The notes below the pieces were generated by a model. It was not told the DNA's origin and ran no database searches. It worked only from the letters and a program-made list of their open reading frames with translations. A stretch of 64,000 nt of DNA from an uncultured delta proteobacterium. GTDB taxonomy: Bacteria; Desulfobacterota; Desulfobacteria; Desulfobacterales; JAFDCJ01. The DNA is taken from the NCBI GenBank assembly GCA_963769935.1, contig CAVYNY010000011.1, positions 384,001 through 448,000 of the forward strand. Reading direction: 5' to 3'. The position numbers and the translations under genes are program-made. This document shows, piece after piece, positions 50,648 to 60,269 of the stretch. The first letter of the stretch is position 1. Each line of letters begins with the position of its first letter.

Positions 50648-51580
50648 ATGGGAAATCAAATCAGAACGACAATTTTGCTGGCAGTCCTGACTGCGCTTAT
50701 CCTCTGGGTTGGTCAGGTTTTGGGTGGGCGTCAGGGCATGATTATCGCCCTGATTTTTGCCGCCGGTATGAATTTTTTCAGCTACTGGTATTCCGACAAG
50801 CTGGTGCTGAAAATGTATCATGCCAGTGAAGTCACCTCCCGGCAAGCCCCGGAGTTGTATGAGATAGTTCAGCGCCTTACGCAGCAAGCCGGGCTTCCCA
50901 TGCCGAAGATATATGTTATTCCCCAGGAAGCCCCGAATGCCTTTGCCACCGGCAGAAATCCGGAGCATGCCGTTGTGGCGGTCACGGAAGGACTGCGCAA
51001 GATTATGAATCGCGACGAAATAGCGGGTGTTTTGGCTCACGAACTGGCCCACGTAAAAAATCGGGATATCCTCATCGGAAGCATCGCGGCGACCATGGCC
51101 GGCGCCATCATGATGCTGGCGACGATGGCCCGCTGGTCGGCGATATTCGGCGGCTTCGGCGGCAATAACGACGAAGGCGGCCGATCCGGTTTTATCGGCC
51201 TGATCGCGATGTCCATTATCGGTCCGCTGGCAGCCATGATTATCCAGATGGCCATATCCCGCTCACGGGAATATCAGGCGGATGCGACCGGCGCCGAGTT
51301 TGCCGGACATGCGGAGGGGCTTGCCAGTGCCCTGGAAAAGCTGGGAGCCTACTCCAAACGGTTGCCGATGAAGGCCAGCCCGGCCACGGCCCATATGTTT
51401 ATCGTCAATCCCTTGTCCGGCAAGAGCATGCTGAACCTGTTTTCAACACACCCGCCGCTCGAGGAAAGGATTGCGCGGCTGAGGGGCGTTCGGCCGCCGT
51501 CTGCCGGAAGAAAAGCGGAATCCGGCCTGGACACGCAAGCGGCGAGAGCAAAGGCGGAGTGGGATCGGCTTGCGAGCTAA
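50648..51580 (+). CDS. htpX: Membrane zinc metalloprotease HtpX
   Basis: YWYSDK, PNAFATGR, HELAH, SRSREYQAD, FSTHPP. Confidence 0.95.
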   Translation: MGNQIRTTILLAVLTALILWVGQVLGGRQGMIIALIFAAGMNFFSYWYSDKLVLKMYHASEVTSRQAPELYEIVQRLTQQAGLPMPKIYVIPQEAPNAFATGRNPEHAVVAVTEGLRKIMNRDEIAGVLAHELAHVKNRDILIGSIAATMAGAIMMLATMARWSAIFGGFGGNNDEGGRSGFIGLIAMSIIGPLAAMIIQMAISRSREYQADATGAEFAGHAEGLASALEKLGAYSKRLPMKASPATAHMFIVNPLSGKSMLNLFSTHPPLEERIARLRGVRPPSAGRKAESGLDTQAARAKAEWDRLAS

Positions 51581-51850
51581 GACAAAGAAAAGAAGGTGAG
51601 AAAGAAAAAAAGCTCATGGCTGATAGCTCACAGCAAAGGCGATAGATGAAAAAGACAGAAGTCAGACGACAAAAGAAAGAAGATCAGAAGATGAGAAGTT
51701 AAGAAAATAAGAAGGTGAGAGGGTAAGGAGCATAGGGCATAGAGCAAAGCGCATAGCGTGAAGTAATATCATTTGCCTTTATCCTTTTACCTATCAACTA
51801 TGAACTATCAACTCTATCCAGTATCGAGCAACCAGCATCAAGTATCCAAG
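51581..51850. repeat. Composite repeat element, family C (reverse orientation)
   Basis: 51737-51780 is the reverse complement of the 44-bp core, flanked by AGAAGAT/AAGAAGGT and CTATCAA tracts. Confidence 0.85.
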
Positions 51851-51851
51851 C

Positions 51852-52142
51852 TTAACAGCAATCCCCCCCGCCGCAGGCGGCCGCCTCCTTGCCTTTGATC
51901 CAGGTTTTGATGATATAGGCCGCGCAGCCGACTCCCGGCGTAACGTGGATGGCCTTGCTCGGACAGTTCAGGGCACAGGCCCCGCACTCCATGCAGCCGT
52001 CCCGATCACGGATGGCAGCTTTGTGGCCTTTCATCTGAAAAACTCCGTGGGGACAGACAATCTCACACATACCGCAGCCGACACACGCCTCGGTTTCAAG
52101 CTGCAGCGTCGTCACACCCGACAGGTATCTGAAGTCGTTCAT
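51852..52142 (-). CDS. hgcB: Mercury methylation ferredoxin HgcB
   Basis: CVGCGMCEIVCP, CMECGACALNCP, GVGCA, C-terminal CC; directly downstream of hgcA. Confidence 0.93.
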   Translation of the reverse strand: MNDFRYLSGVTTLQLETEACVGCGMCEIVCPHGVFQMKGHKAAIRDRDGCMECGACALNCPSKAIHVTPGVGCAAYIIKTWIKGKEAAACGGGDCC

Positions 52143-52146
52143 TTTT

Positions 52147-53352
52147 TTATCCTGCAAACGCCGCGGTCACCCAGGCGGCCGCCGCTATCAGAGCTGCAGC
52201 CGCTTGCAGCGGGATGGCCCGGCGCATTTCTTTTTCGACACCCGAGGGAGAAGTAAAGGGCGTCGAGCCGGTAAAATTCATGGTCAGGTAGGAACTGATT
52301 ACCATGGTGATCAAAAACAGCGCACCGCCCTCCAGCCAGATCAGGTCGCTTCTGAACACGGCAACGACGGCCAGACCGGCGACGCCTCCGGTCAGCACGC
52401 CTTTCAGAGCAAAAGCGCGTCCCGGTAACCAGGGCAGCAAAACAGGTGCGGCTACGGCGCCGGCCAGGATGCCGGCGATGTACGCCGTCAGGAGCATCAA
52501 GCCCCGACTCCAGGCAGCATGGAAGGAAAAAAAGTTTGTTCCAATACCCGACAGCAAAAAGGCCGTCAGCAGCACCCAGATCGTGGGTTTCGGCAGATGG
52601 GATAGTTCTACCGGCACCAGCACCACGCGCTCCGGCAACGTAAAAGTTACCCGGCGCATTGATTTATCGGCCTTACAACCGTCGGCGATAAACCGTTGAA
52701 TGTCTCCGGCCTTGATCGGGCCCCATAGAACCTTGAACCCAATTTCTTTTTTAAGACGAAATGCTGATATACCCGTGGCAGCCAGCTGCGGCAAGATAAG
52801 CCGGTCATGTCTTACCAGTTCTTTTAAGCGGGCTTGTTGGACGCGGTGTGCGACTTCGCGCGTGGAGAAGAGCGCTTTACCGGCCGCGCACCAGACGTTG
52901 ATGCCGCGGGTGTCGATTACCAGGATCCAGGCATTCAAGGAAGTTAACTCCCGGCGCAGTGCATCGAAGCTGAGCTTATAGTTGGCGGTAACCAAAACCG
53001 GTGAATCCTGATCCGGAGTCCCCACACAGTAGAGGCCGGGGGCGATTTTATATTGATCTCTTTTTATCCCAAGACGGGCAGTCAGGGTGCCCACCCGGTC
53101 AGATCGTTCGAGTCGGGTTTTGACCCGGGGAACCGGGCCGATCGGTGTGTCGATAAACGTATCGACAAAGTCCAGCAGCCGGTAGCCCGGTTTCTCATGC
53201 GGGCTGCTCTGCGGCCCCGGCGGCAAGCCGCAGCACACTTCGCCGACGGCCTGTGGCATGACCAATGGGTGCAGTGCGGAGGGGGACTCCGTCAAACTGG
53301 AACCTGCCTCACATGGGCAACAGGCGTTTTTTTGCCGGGTCAAATCATTCAT
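52147..53352 (-). CDS. hgcA: Mercury methylation corrinoid protein HgcA
   Basis: PVLVTANYKLSFD, cap-helix motif GINVWCAAGK, LILPQL, WGPI; C-terminal TM domain ending MNFTGSTPFTSPSGVEKEM. Confidence 0.95.
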   Translation of the reverse strand: MNDLTRQKNACCPCEAGSSLTESPSALHPLVMPQAVGEVCCGLPPGPQSSPHEKPGYRLLDFVDTFIDTPIGPVPRVKTRLERSDRVGTLTARLGIKRDQYKIAPGLYCVGTPDQDSPVLVTANYKLSFDALRRELTSLNAWILVIDTRGINVWCAAGKALFSTREVAHRVQQARLKELVRHDRLILPQLAATGISAFRLKKEIGFKVLWGPIKAGDIQRFIADGCKADKSMRRVTFTLPERVVLVPVELSHLPKPTIWVLLTAFLLSGIGTNFFSFHAAWSRGLMLLTAYIAGILAGAVAAPVLLPWLPGRAFALKGVLTGGVAGLAVVAVFRSDLIWLEGGALFLITMVISSYLTMNFTGSTPFTSPSGVEKEMRRAIPLQAAAALIAAAAWVTAAFAG

Positions 53353-53452
53353 GTCTTCAATCTTCAGGTCTAAGGGGATTCAATATTTATTCTAACCTTG
53401 AAAACCTGGTCCTGTGGGCCAGGATTCTTTACTTATTCGGCCCCATTTTATA

Positions 53453-53662
53453 TCAAATTACCGTCGCATTCAACCGGAGGCATTTTTTTAAGCCAGGGCC
53501 GTGACGGCGACAGGTTCGCTGATTGCGGCAGACCCGGCAGCGGTCGTCACTGCAGCTCTGACAGGCGAAACAGTCTTTACAGGGGTGCTTTTTGACGCAC
53601 CCTTCCGGCGGCCGCGGCACATACACTTTGCCCTTCAATCCGGGAACTGTTGCAAAAGGCAC
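53453..53662 (-). CDS. Small cysteine-rich protein (9 Cys)
   Basis: GGGGAG RBS before GTG; MPFATVPGLKGKVYVP..GCVKKHPCKDCFACQSCSDDRCRVCRNQRTC..C. Confidence 0.65.
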   Translation of the reverse strand: MPFATVPGLKGKVYVPRPPEGCVKKHPCKDCFACQSCSDDRCRVCRNQRTCRRHGPGLKKCLRLNATVI

Positions 53663-53847
53663 GTGCACTCTCCCCTAGTTAGAGTTTATTAAAGATTCCG
53701 GTCTAGTGCCTATCCGGCAATTCAGACCGCTGTAACGTTTATACATGACTACCTGAGGATCCATTACCACACAGTAACATAGCAAGAAAAATATTCATAT
53801 TTAATTGCCTGGTTTCTGTCAAGGGCAAATCCGGGGAGGCTAAGTTT

Positions 53848-54975
53848 TTAGCGGTCATCGCTCCGAGGTCTTTGCCAATCCCTGTTGAACAACTGACCCA
53901 GCATATCGCCGATCACCACGCATTCCAGGCCGAAGGGAAGATACCCGGCATAGCCCAGCAGCGGCATTTCAAAAATCTGAAAGCGTTGAACAAAAGGGAT
54001 GCTGTATTCCCACCGGGCCAGGCTGAAGTAGTTCCACATTTCCCAGAAACCGCCGCAAATCAAGGCGGCCAAAACCGCTGCAACGGCGCCACTCCAGTTT
54101 CCGGCGGAAATCTGCGAGAAAATGTGCGGTTCCTGCATCACTGTTTGCAGTCCGACGATGATCAGAAGGGGCGAAACCCAGAGAAGGGGAAATAAATAAT
54201 CCGGCCAAACCCCAATTGCAACCAGCCCGGCCGCATCGAGCAGCAGAACGGCTACGGCTGCCGCGGTGGGATGCCCCAGCGCAATGGGCCGCATACGGGA
54301 ATAGCTTCGGCGGATCCAGCCGGTTCCGAGCAGGTATTGCCGGGTGCTTAACACCGCCGGCAGCACCGTGGCAAAGGACAGAGTCGCATACCAGAAATAG
54401 GCCCAGGGACCAAACTGCACGCCCGGATAATACCAGTTTTGAACAAAGCGATTCAGGTATTCGAAAAACCACCAGAAGGCGGCGCTGGCCGGGAAAAGCA
54501 GCAGAAAATATGCGGGGCGATCCGTCATGAGGCTGTGACCGCGGCGCCGCCAACAAAGCGCATTGACGACCAGGATGTATGAAAACCACAGCGGGCTGAA
54601 GGTATGGGGTTGAAATTTCGCAAACCAGGCCATCCGGGTCCAAGCCAGAATCCAGGCCAGCACGCCGGTGGCGCCGCCGACCCAGCCCCACCAGGGAAAG
54701 GGCCTTGAGGCTGAAGCGGCAGCGGGTCGGGGACTTTTACGATATGATTGAACACCGGCGACAATCAGCGGGCAAACGGATGCTAAAATCAGCAGGGCAA
54801 TTATCAAAAAAGCCGGCCATGAAAAAGGGGCGTGTGGGACATAGCGGGTTCGGGGGGGAAATTCAAGATAGCGCTGCAGCGGAAAACCGGCGATCCGCAC
54901 CCCTGCCAGCGGCAACCCCAGCAACATAACCGCCAGCAGGATAAATTTCAGCAAAAAACGTTGAGGATAGGACAT
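53848..54975 (-). CDS. Uncharacterised Trp-rich polytopic membrane protein
   Basis: About 10 hydrophobic segments; internally echoed motifs WWFFEYLN..NWYY and FWEMWNY..WEY..EMPLLGY. Confidence 0.75.
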   Translation of the reverse strand: MSYPQRFLLKFILLAVMLLGLPLAGVRIAGFPLQRYLEFPPRTRYVPHAPFSWPAFLIIALLILASVCPLIVAGVQSYRKSPRPAAASASRPFPWWGWVGGATGVLAWILAWTRMAWFAKFQPHTFSPLWFSYILVVNALCWRRRGHSLMTDRPAYFLLLFPASAAFWWFFEYLNRFVQNWYYPGVQFGPWAYFWYATLSFATVLPAVLSTRQYLLGTGWIRRSYSRMRPIALGHPTAAAVAVLLLDAAGLVAIGVWPDYLFPLLWVSPLLIIVGLQTVMQEPHIFSQISAGNWSGAVAAVLAALICGGFWEMWNYFSLARWEYSIPFVQRFQIFEMPLLGYAGYLPFGLECVVIGDMLGQLFNRDWQRPRSDDR

Positions 54976-54976
54976 A

Positions 54977-55125
54977 GAATTAAGAATGGCGAATGATGAA
55001 CGACGATTGACGATTTGCGGCATTTTATCCGTTTTAAAATTTGGCGTTTGTTGACCCTTTGTCCATTCAATTAACCAATTTCAATACAGCTTCCACCCAT
55101 TTCGACATTCGTCAATCGTCATTTC
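54977..55125. repeat. Degenerate family A-like palindromic element
   Basis: gaatggcgaatgatgaacgacgattgacgattt ... ttcgacattcgtcaatcgtcatttc. Confidence 0.6.
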
Positions 55126-56109
55126 TTACTGCGACGCCACATCCTGCAGGAATTCAGGCAATTCACATACCTCGGATGCTTTGCGGGTTTCAACATAGTG
55201 GGCGGCCGCCAAGGCGGCGGTGCAGCCGTCGGCGGCAGACAGCACTATTTGCCGGGCGTATTTTTCCCGCAGATCCCCGATGACATAAAGCCCGGGGCAA
55301 TTGGTTTCGCATTTATCGCCGGTAACCACATAGCCGTCGGCATTCATTTTGGTGCCGGCCGGCACCAGTTGATTGTTGGGGTTAAAACCGATGAAAATAA
55401 AAACTCCGTCGGCAGCCAGCTCGCGCTGGTCTCCGGTGCGGGTATCTTTCAAGTCCACCGCCGTAACGCCGTCCTCATCCGCCTTGATGGCGGTGACCAC
55501 CGAATTCCAGATAACCTCGATTTTGCATTCGGCTTTCACGCGCTGTTGCAGCAGGGCGCCGGCTCGGAGGGCATCTCGTCGGTGGATAATATAAACCTGC
55601 TTGGCCAGTTTTGCCAGGTACAGGGATTCTTCAGCCGCCGTGTCGCCCCCGCCGATGACCACCACGGTTTTGTTGCGGAAGAAAAAACCGTCACATACCG
55701 CACAATAGGAAACGCCTCTGCCGTACAATTCTGCTTCACCGGGAATATTGAGCTTGCGAGGGTTTCCGCCGGTTGCCAGAATAACTGCATGGGTTTGCAG
55801 GATGCTGCCGTCGGCGAGTTTGACCGAGTGAAATTCCAGCCCCGGTTCCAACTCCTGGACTTCGGCCGAGCGAATTTCCAGACCATAGGATTGGGCGTGC
55901 AAAGCAAATTTCATTGCCAGCCCGGCACCGCTGATGTGCTCATCGCCGGGCCAATTTTCAACCGAATCGGAGTTGTTCACCTGGCCGCCGGGTGCCGCCA
56001 TTTCAATCAGAACTGTTTTTAGTGCTGCCCGCATGGCATAAATACCGGCGGTCAGTCCACCCGGACCGCCCCCGATGATGGTTAAGTCATAAATTTCTGA
56101 TTCGGACAT
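55126..56109 (-). CDS. trxB: Thioredoxin reductase
   Basis: IIGGGPGG, GRGVSYCAVCDG, GGGDTAAEE, HRRD, GVFIFIG. Start moved to ATG 56109. Confidence 0.93.
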   Translation of the reverse strand: MSESEIYDLTIIGGGPGGLTAGIYAMRAALKTVLIEMAAPGGQVNNSDSVENWPGDEHISGAGLAMKFALHAQSYGLEIRSAEVQELEPGLEFHSVKLADGSILQTHAVILATGGNPRKLNIPGEAELYGRGVSYCAVCDGFFFRNKTVVVIGGGDTAAEESLYLAKLAKQVYIIHRRDALRAGALLQQRVKAECKIEVIWNSVVTAIKADEDGVTAVDLKDTRTGDQRELAADGVFIFIGFNPNNQLVPAGTKMNADGYVVTGDKCETNCPGLYVIGDLREKYARQIVLSAADGCTAALAAAHYVETRKASEVCELPEFLQDVASQ

Positions 56110-56232
56110 GCTTGCCTCCCCTCTGGATTGCCTTAATTTAAATATGCTAATATAATGACCGAAATATACGGACACGAGCTTACTATTTAAAACAAAATGA
56201 ATGGATCTTCAACTTAAATTTGAGGTGGGCCG

Positions 56233-56889
56233 ATGTTCTCACTGGATTCCTTCTACAAACAGTACGAAACCGACACGACCGAACTGGTCATAAATGGTCG
56301 TAAATTTAAAATATTGCTGCCCAAAGATCTAACCGGATTCATCGATCCCAATGATGTCTTTCACGATTTTCCGTTGTGGACCAAGATCTGGCGGGCATCC
56401 TGGGTGTTGGCCGGCTTTCTGGCCGAGATGCCGCCGGCGGCGGAGAAAAACTTTTTAGAAATCGGCGCCGGTGCAGGACTGGTAAGCATCGTGGCGGCAT
56501 CCTTCGGGCATCGCATTACCCTGACCGAATTCAATCCCGAGGCCCTCCAGTTTGCACAGGCCAATGCGGTTATCAACGGCTGCCCGCAGTTACCCATCCG
56601 GGAGCTGGACTGGAATCGACCGCAGCCGGCCGAGACCTTCGATTATATTGTGGCATCCGAGGTGACCTATCAAAAAGAGCATGTGACGATCCTGTTAAAG
56701 CTATTTAAATCTTATTTGAAACCTGGGGGTGCAGTGTACCTGGCCGGTGAGATGCGAAGGGTCAGCCGGGATTTCTATCAACAAATGGAAACCGCTTTTG
56801 ACATCCGGGTCCAGAAAAAAATCCTGCGATTCGCCGGCGAGGAAACAGCTGTTTTTTTGTTTCGAATGACCGGAAAAACGGAGAGCTGA
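56233..56889 (+). CDS. SAM-dependent methyltransferase (Methyltransf_16 / protein-lysine MTase-like)
   Basis: PLWTKIW, LEIGAGAGL, LDW, FDYIVASEVTY. Confidence 0.85.
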   Translation: MFSLDSFYKQYETDTTELVINGRKFKILLPKDLTGFIDPNDVFHDFPLWTKIWRASWVLAGFLAEMPPAAEKNFLEIGAGAGLVSIVAASFGHRITLTEFNPEALQFAQANAVINGCPQLPIRELDWNRPQPAETFDYIVASEVTYQKEHVTILLKLFKSYLKPGGAVYLAGEMRRVSRDFYQQMETAFDIRVQKKILRFAGEETAVFLFRMTGKTES

Positions 56890-56961
56890 GCGCTCAGCGG
56901 CGAAACCTTATGCAAAGTACGGCGCCTTCCCGATGCCTTTTCAAAACTTCCGAAGCCTCCC

Positions 56962-56988
56962 TAAAGTTTCTGCAAAAAGTGTCGATAC
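56962..56988 (+). promoter_or_regulatory. sigma28 (FliA)-type promoter
   Basis: TAAAGTTT-N11-GTCGATAC versus consensus TAAAGTTT-N11-GCCGATAA. Confidence 0.7.
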
Positions 56989-57054
56989 CAGCTTCATCAT
57001 AAAAGCTTAAGGTTGCACTCAATCTATTACCCCAAATTATAAGGTTGCTGTTAA

Positions 57055-58959
57055 ATGAATCCCCTAGATTCGCTTCCCAATGACAGCCCGTTGCCGGAGG
57101 CCGCCGCCGGCAAGAATCAGATCGTGGAGCTTTTGGTGCGGGAAAAAATTTTGACCGCCAAGCAGGTTGAATATGCATCGCGCGTGCTCGGCAAGATCGA
57201 AACCTCCCGGTCGATGCTGGATGTGCTGAAGCAACTCAACTTCGTCGACGATGATCAAATTAAAGATACGGTTCGCAGAAGCCGCGTCCCCATGTGTATC
57301 GGCAACCTGCTGGTCGAGTTGGGATACATTGCCTACGAAGATGCCCAACGGGCCCTGAAAATTAAGAGCGCCTACCAGAATCACAAAAAACTCGGTGAGA
57401 TCCTGCTGGATCAGCGCCTGATCGATGAGCGTTCATTGATCGATGCGCTGTCCCAGCAGATGGGATTTCCCCACATTGAACCCGAATTCAGTGAAATCGA
57501 TCAAAAACTGTTCGGCAGTGTGAACCCCAAGTGGTATGAGAAGCATGAAGTGATTCCCATCCGCAAGGAAGAGGGCGGCGTGCTGGTGGCATTTGCCGAT
57601 CCGCTGGATCGCATGGACCTCGAGGCCGTCAAACTGGCGTTTGGGGATAAGTTTATTCCGGCCATAGCGCGCAAAAGCGCCATCAAACAAGCCGTCCGAA
57701 GATGCCTGACCGGTGCTGGTCGGCAAAAGATATCCCCGTCGGATGAAAATTCCATCATCAAACTGGTCGATGACATCCTGCTGGCTGCCATCGAACAGGA
57801 CGCCAGCGACATTCACATCGAACCGTTAAAGGAAAGCATGCGGGTTCGTTTTCGCCGGGACGGCGTGCTCATCAATTTCCAGGAGTTTCAGGTAGACATC
57901 CTGCCGGCCCTCACCAACCGGATCAAGGTGATGTGTGATGTGGATATCACCGAAAAGCGGCGTCACCAGGGAGGGCGATTCAATTTTGACTACCCGGGGG
58001 GACAGGTTGACCTGCGGGTCTCCTTTTATGTGACCGTACATGGTGAAAAGATCGTCCTGCGGCTGTTGAACCGCAAAGGTGTGCTGATCAATATCGATGA
58101 CATCGGTTTATCGCCGCGGATGCTGGCGCGATTCAAGGATGATGCACTGTATCTGCCCAGCGGCGTCATCCTGATCACGGGTCCCACCGGCTCGGGCAAA
58201 ACGACTACGGTATACAGCTGCATCAACCACATCAACACTCCGGAAACCAGCATCATCACGGCGGAAGAACCGGTGGAATACGTCATTGATGGGATTGCGC
58301 AATGCTCCATAAATCCCAAAATCAACCTGACCTATGAGGAAACCCTGCGGCACATTGTGCGTCAGGACCCGGACGTTATCGTGATCGGAGAAATCCGGGA
58401 CAGATTTTCGGCCGAAGTCGCCGTGCAGGCCGCGTTGACGGGACACAAGGTGCTGACCACTTTCCATACCGAGGACAGCATCGGCGGCCTCGTGCGGCTG
58501 CTGAACATGAACATTGAAGCCTTTTTGATCTCTTCGACCGTGGTCAGTGTGATGGCCCAGCGGCTTCTGCGCAAGATTTGTCCAAAATGTGCCGCCGCTT
58601 ATAGGCCGAAACCGGCCGACCTGCAGCGCCTCGGTTATATGCCCGGCGATATCAAAGGTGCCGAATTCCGCAAAGGACACGGCTGCTCCCAGTGTCAGTA
58701 CACCGGGTATCGAGGCCGGGTCGGTGTATTTGAGCTGCTCATCCTGAACGAAGAAGTCCGCAGTGCCATTATTGAGCAGAAAACCAGCCAGGAAATTCGA
58801 ACTATCAGTATTGAGTCCACCGGCCTTGTGACGCTGCTGGAGGATGGGATCATCAAGGCCGCCGCCGGATTGACGACCATCGATGAGCTGCTGCGCAGTT
58901 TGCCGCGCTTGCAGAAACCAAGATCCCTGGCGGAGCTGCGCCGTCTTCTGGAAGGATAA
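57055..58959 (+). CDS. GspE/PilB-family secretion ATPase with degenerate MshEN-like N-terminal repeats
   Basis: IGNLLVELGYI, LGEILLDQRLI, ASDIHIEP, GPTGSGKTT, RQDPDVIVIGEIRD, TGH, CPKC..CSQC. Confidence 0.92.
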   Translation: MNPLDSLPNDSPLPEAAAGKNQIVELLVREKILTAKQVEYASRVLGKIETSRSMLDVLKQLNFVDDDQIKDTVRRSRVPMCIGNLLVELGYIAYEDAQRALKIKSAYQNHKKLGEILLDQRLIDERSLIDALSQQMGFPHIEPEFSEIDQKLFGSVNPKWYEKHEVIPIRKEEGGVLVAFADPLDRMDLEAVKLAFGDKFIPAIARKSAIKQAVRRCLTGAGRQKISPSDENSIIKLVDDILLAAIEQDASDIHIEPLKESMRVRFRRDGVLINFQEFQVDILPALTNRIKVMCDVDITEKRRHQGGRFNFDYPGGQVDLRVSFYVTVHGEKIVLRLLNRKGVLINIDDIGLSPRMLARFKDDALYLPSGVILITGPTGSGKTTTVYSCINHINTPETSIITAEEPVEYVIDGIAQCSINPKINLTYEETLRHIVRQDPDVIVIGEIRDRFSAEVAVQAALTGHKVLTTFHTEDSIGGLVRLLNMNIEAFLISSTVVSVMAQRLLRKICPKCAAAYRPKPADLQRLGYMPGDIKGAEFRKGHGCSQCQYTGYRGRVGVFELLILNEEVRSAIIEQKTSQEIRTISIESTGLVTLLEDGIIKAAAGLTTIDELLRSLPRLQKPRSLAELRRLLEG

Positions 58960-58961
58960 TT

Positions 58962-59810
58962 ATGCCGCAACAGGAGTCCTTTATCGAAATTATCGATAAA
59001 CAGTTAAAATCCAGCAAAGCCCGGCTGCCGGTATTTAACACAACGGCGCTGCGAGTGCAGCAGGAAATCGCCAAATCAGAACCCGATATCCGCCTGATTG
59101 AAAAGTTGATTGTCAGTGATCAGGCTTTAACGGCTAAGGTGTTGAGCGTTTCCAACTCCTCGTTCTACAAGGGACTGACCCAGGTTGACACCGTGCGCAA
59201 TGCGATTGTGCGTCTGGGTATCAATGAGGTTTCCAGCATCGTTATGCTGGTGACCCACGAGAACAATTTCCGTTCCAAAGATCCGTTTATGAACGCCATT
59301 ATGCGCAAACTCTGGCGACATTCGGTCGGCTGCGGCATGGGAGCCAACTGGCTGGCTAAAAAATGCGGTCTGCGCGGCCTGGCGCATGAAGCCTTCTTTG
59401 CCGGGCTGCTGCATGATGTCGGCAAACTTTTTATTTTAACCGTAATTGATGATTTCAAAAATTCCGATGGTTTTGATATTCAGCCTTCCGATTCCCTGCT
59501 GGTTGAAGCCATGAACAGTCTGCACACCAGCCATGGATACGCTCTAATGGTTCACTGGAACCTGCCGGAAAAGTACTGTCATGTCGTGCGGGATCACCAT
59601 CAGGAGCCCTTCGATTCAAAAGACGTGCTGCAAGCCCTGGTGCGGCTGGCAGACAAAGCCTGTCTGAAACTGGGCATGGGCCTGCCCGCGGATCCGGCGT
59701 TGGCGCTGGCCGCGACACCGGAAGCCGATGCATTGCGCCTGTCCGAAGTTGACCTGGCCCAGCTGGAGATCATGCTGGAAGACTCGCAGGTCTTTGAAGC
59801 AGGAGGGTAG
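58962..59810 (+). CDS. HDOD domain protein
   Basis: LPVF, DQALTAKVLSVSNS, AIVRLG, WRHS, AGLLHDVGK, WNLP. Confidence 0.9.
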   Translation: MPQQESFIEIIDKQLKSSKARLPVFNTTALRVQQEIAKSEPDIRLIEKLIVSDQALTAKVLSVSNSSFYKGLTQVDTVRNAIVRLGINEVSSIVMLVTHENNFRSKDPFMNAIMRKLWRHSVGCGMGANWLAKKCGLRGLAHEAFFAGLLHDVGKLFILTVIDDFKNSDGFDIQPSDSLLVEAMNSLHTSHGYALMVHWNLPEKYCHVVRDHHQEPFDSKDVLQALVRLADKACLKLGMGLPADPALALAATPEADALRLSEVDLAQLEIMLEDSQVFEAGG

Positions 59811-59876
59811 GAATCTCGATTTATCGGAAAGGTAGTTTCTATGCCCACACATTCTTTTTGTCTGCATCTTTTGATA

Positions 59877-60207
59877 AAATCCAAATCACAAGCACCAAAT
59901 TCCAAACAAATTCAAAATCCGAAATCTCAATGACCAAAATCTATCCCGAACAAGCCGGTTGCGTGAAACGGAAATCCGGATTTCTCAGGGAACCAAAAAG
60001 AGCAAATTCATCACGAAAGCACGAAAGGATGAAAACACGAAAGGTTGAGAAGATAAATTTCCTGTTTTCAAGTTGTTGTGGTGAAAATATTTTCTTATGA
60101 CCTGCAAAGAAATCACAATTAAGTGACTAATTCACAGCGCGTTTTGGATTTGAACTTTTGGTCATTGGATTTTATTTGTTATTTGGAATTTGTGATTTGA
60201 TATTTCC
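59877..60207. repeat. Palindromic intergenic element, family B
   Basis: aaatccaaatcacaagcaccaaattccaaacaaattc..aatgaccaaaa ... ttttggtcattggat..ttggaatttgtgattt; the central spacer carries CACGAAA repeats. Confidence 0.8.
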
Positions 60208-60269
60208 GGTTTTGCGCCGCTTTTGATCAGGCTGGAAAAACCTGGATAGGCAGATCGGTGGCACTGCAC

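Noticed and set aside
52147..53352. Alternative call as CO dehydrogenase/acetyl-CoA synthase corrinoid subunit (AcsC/CdhE)
   Set aside because: The NVWCAAGK motif, C-terminal TM domain and adjacent HgcB-type ferredoxin identify HgcA.
56233..56889. Methyltransferase as part of the mercury-methylation system
   Set aside because: Divergently transcribed, three genes from hgcA, and of a protein-methyltransferase-like family; no supporting evidence.
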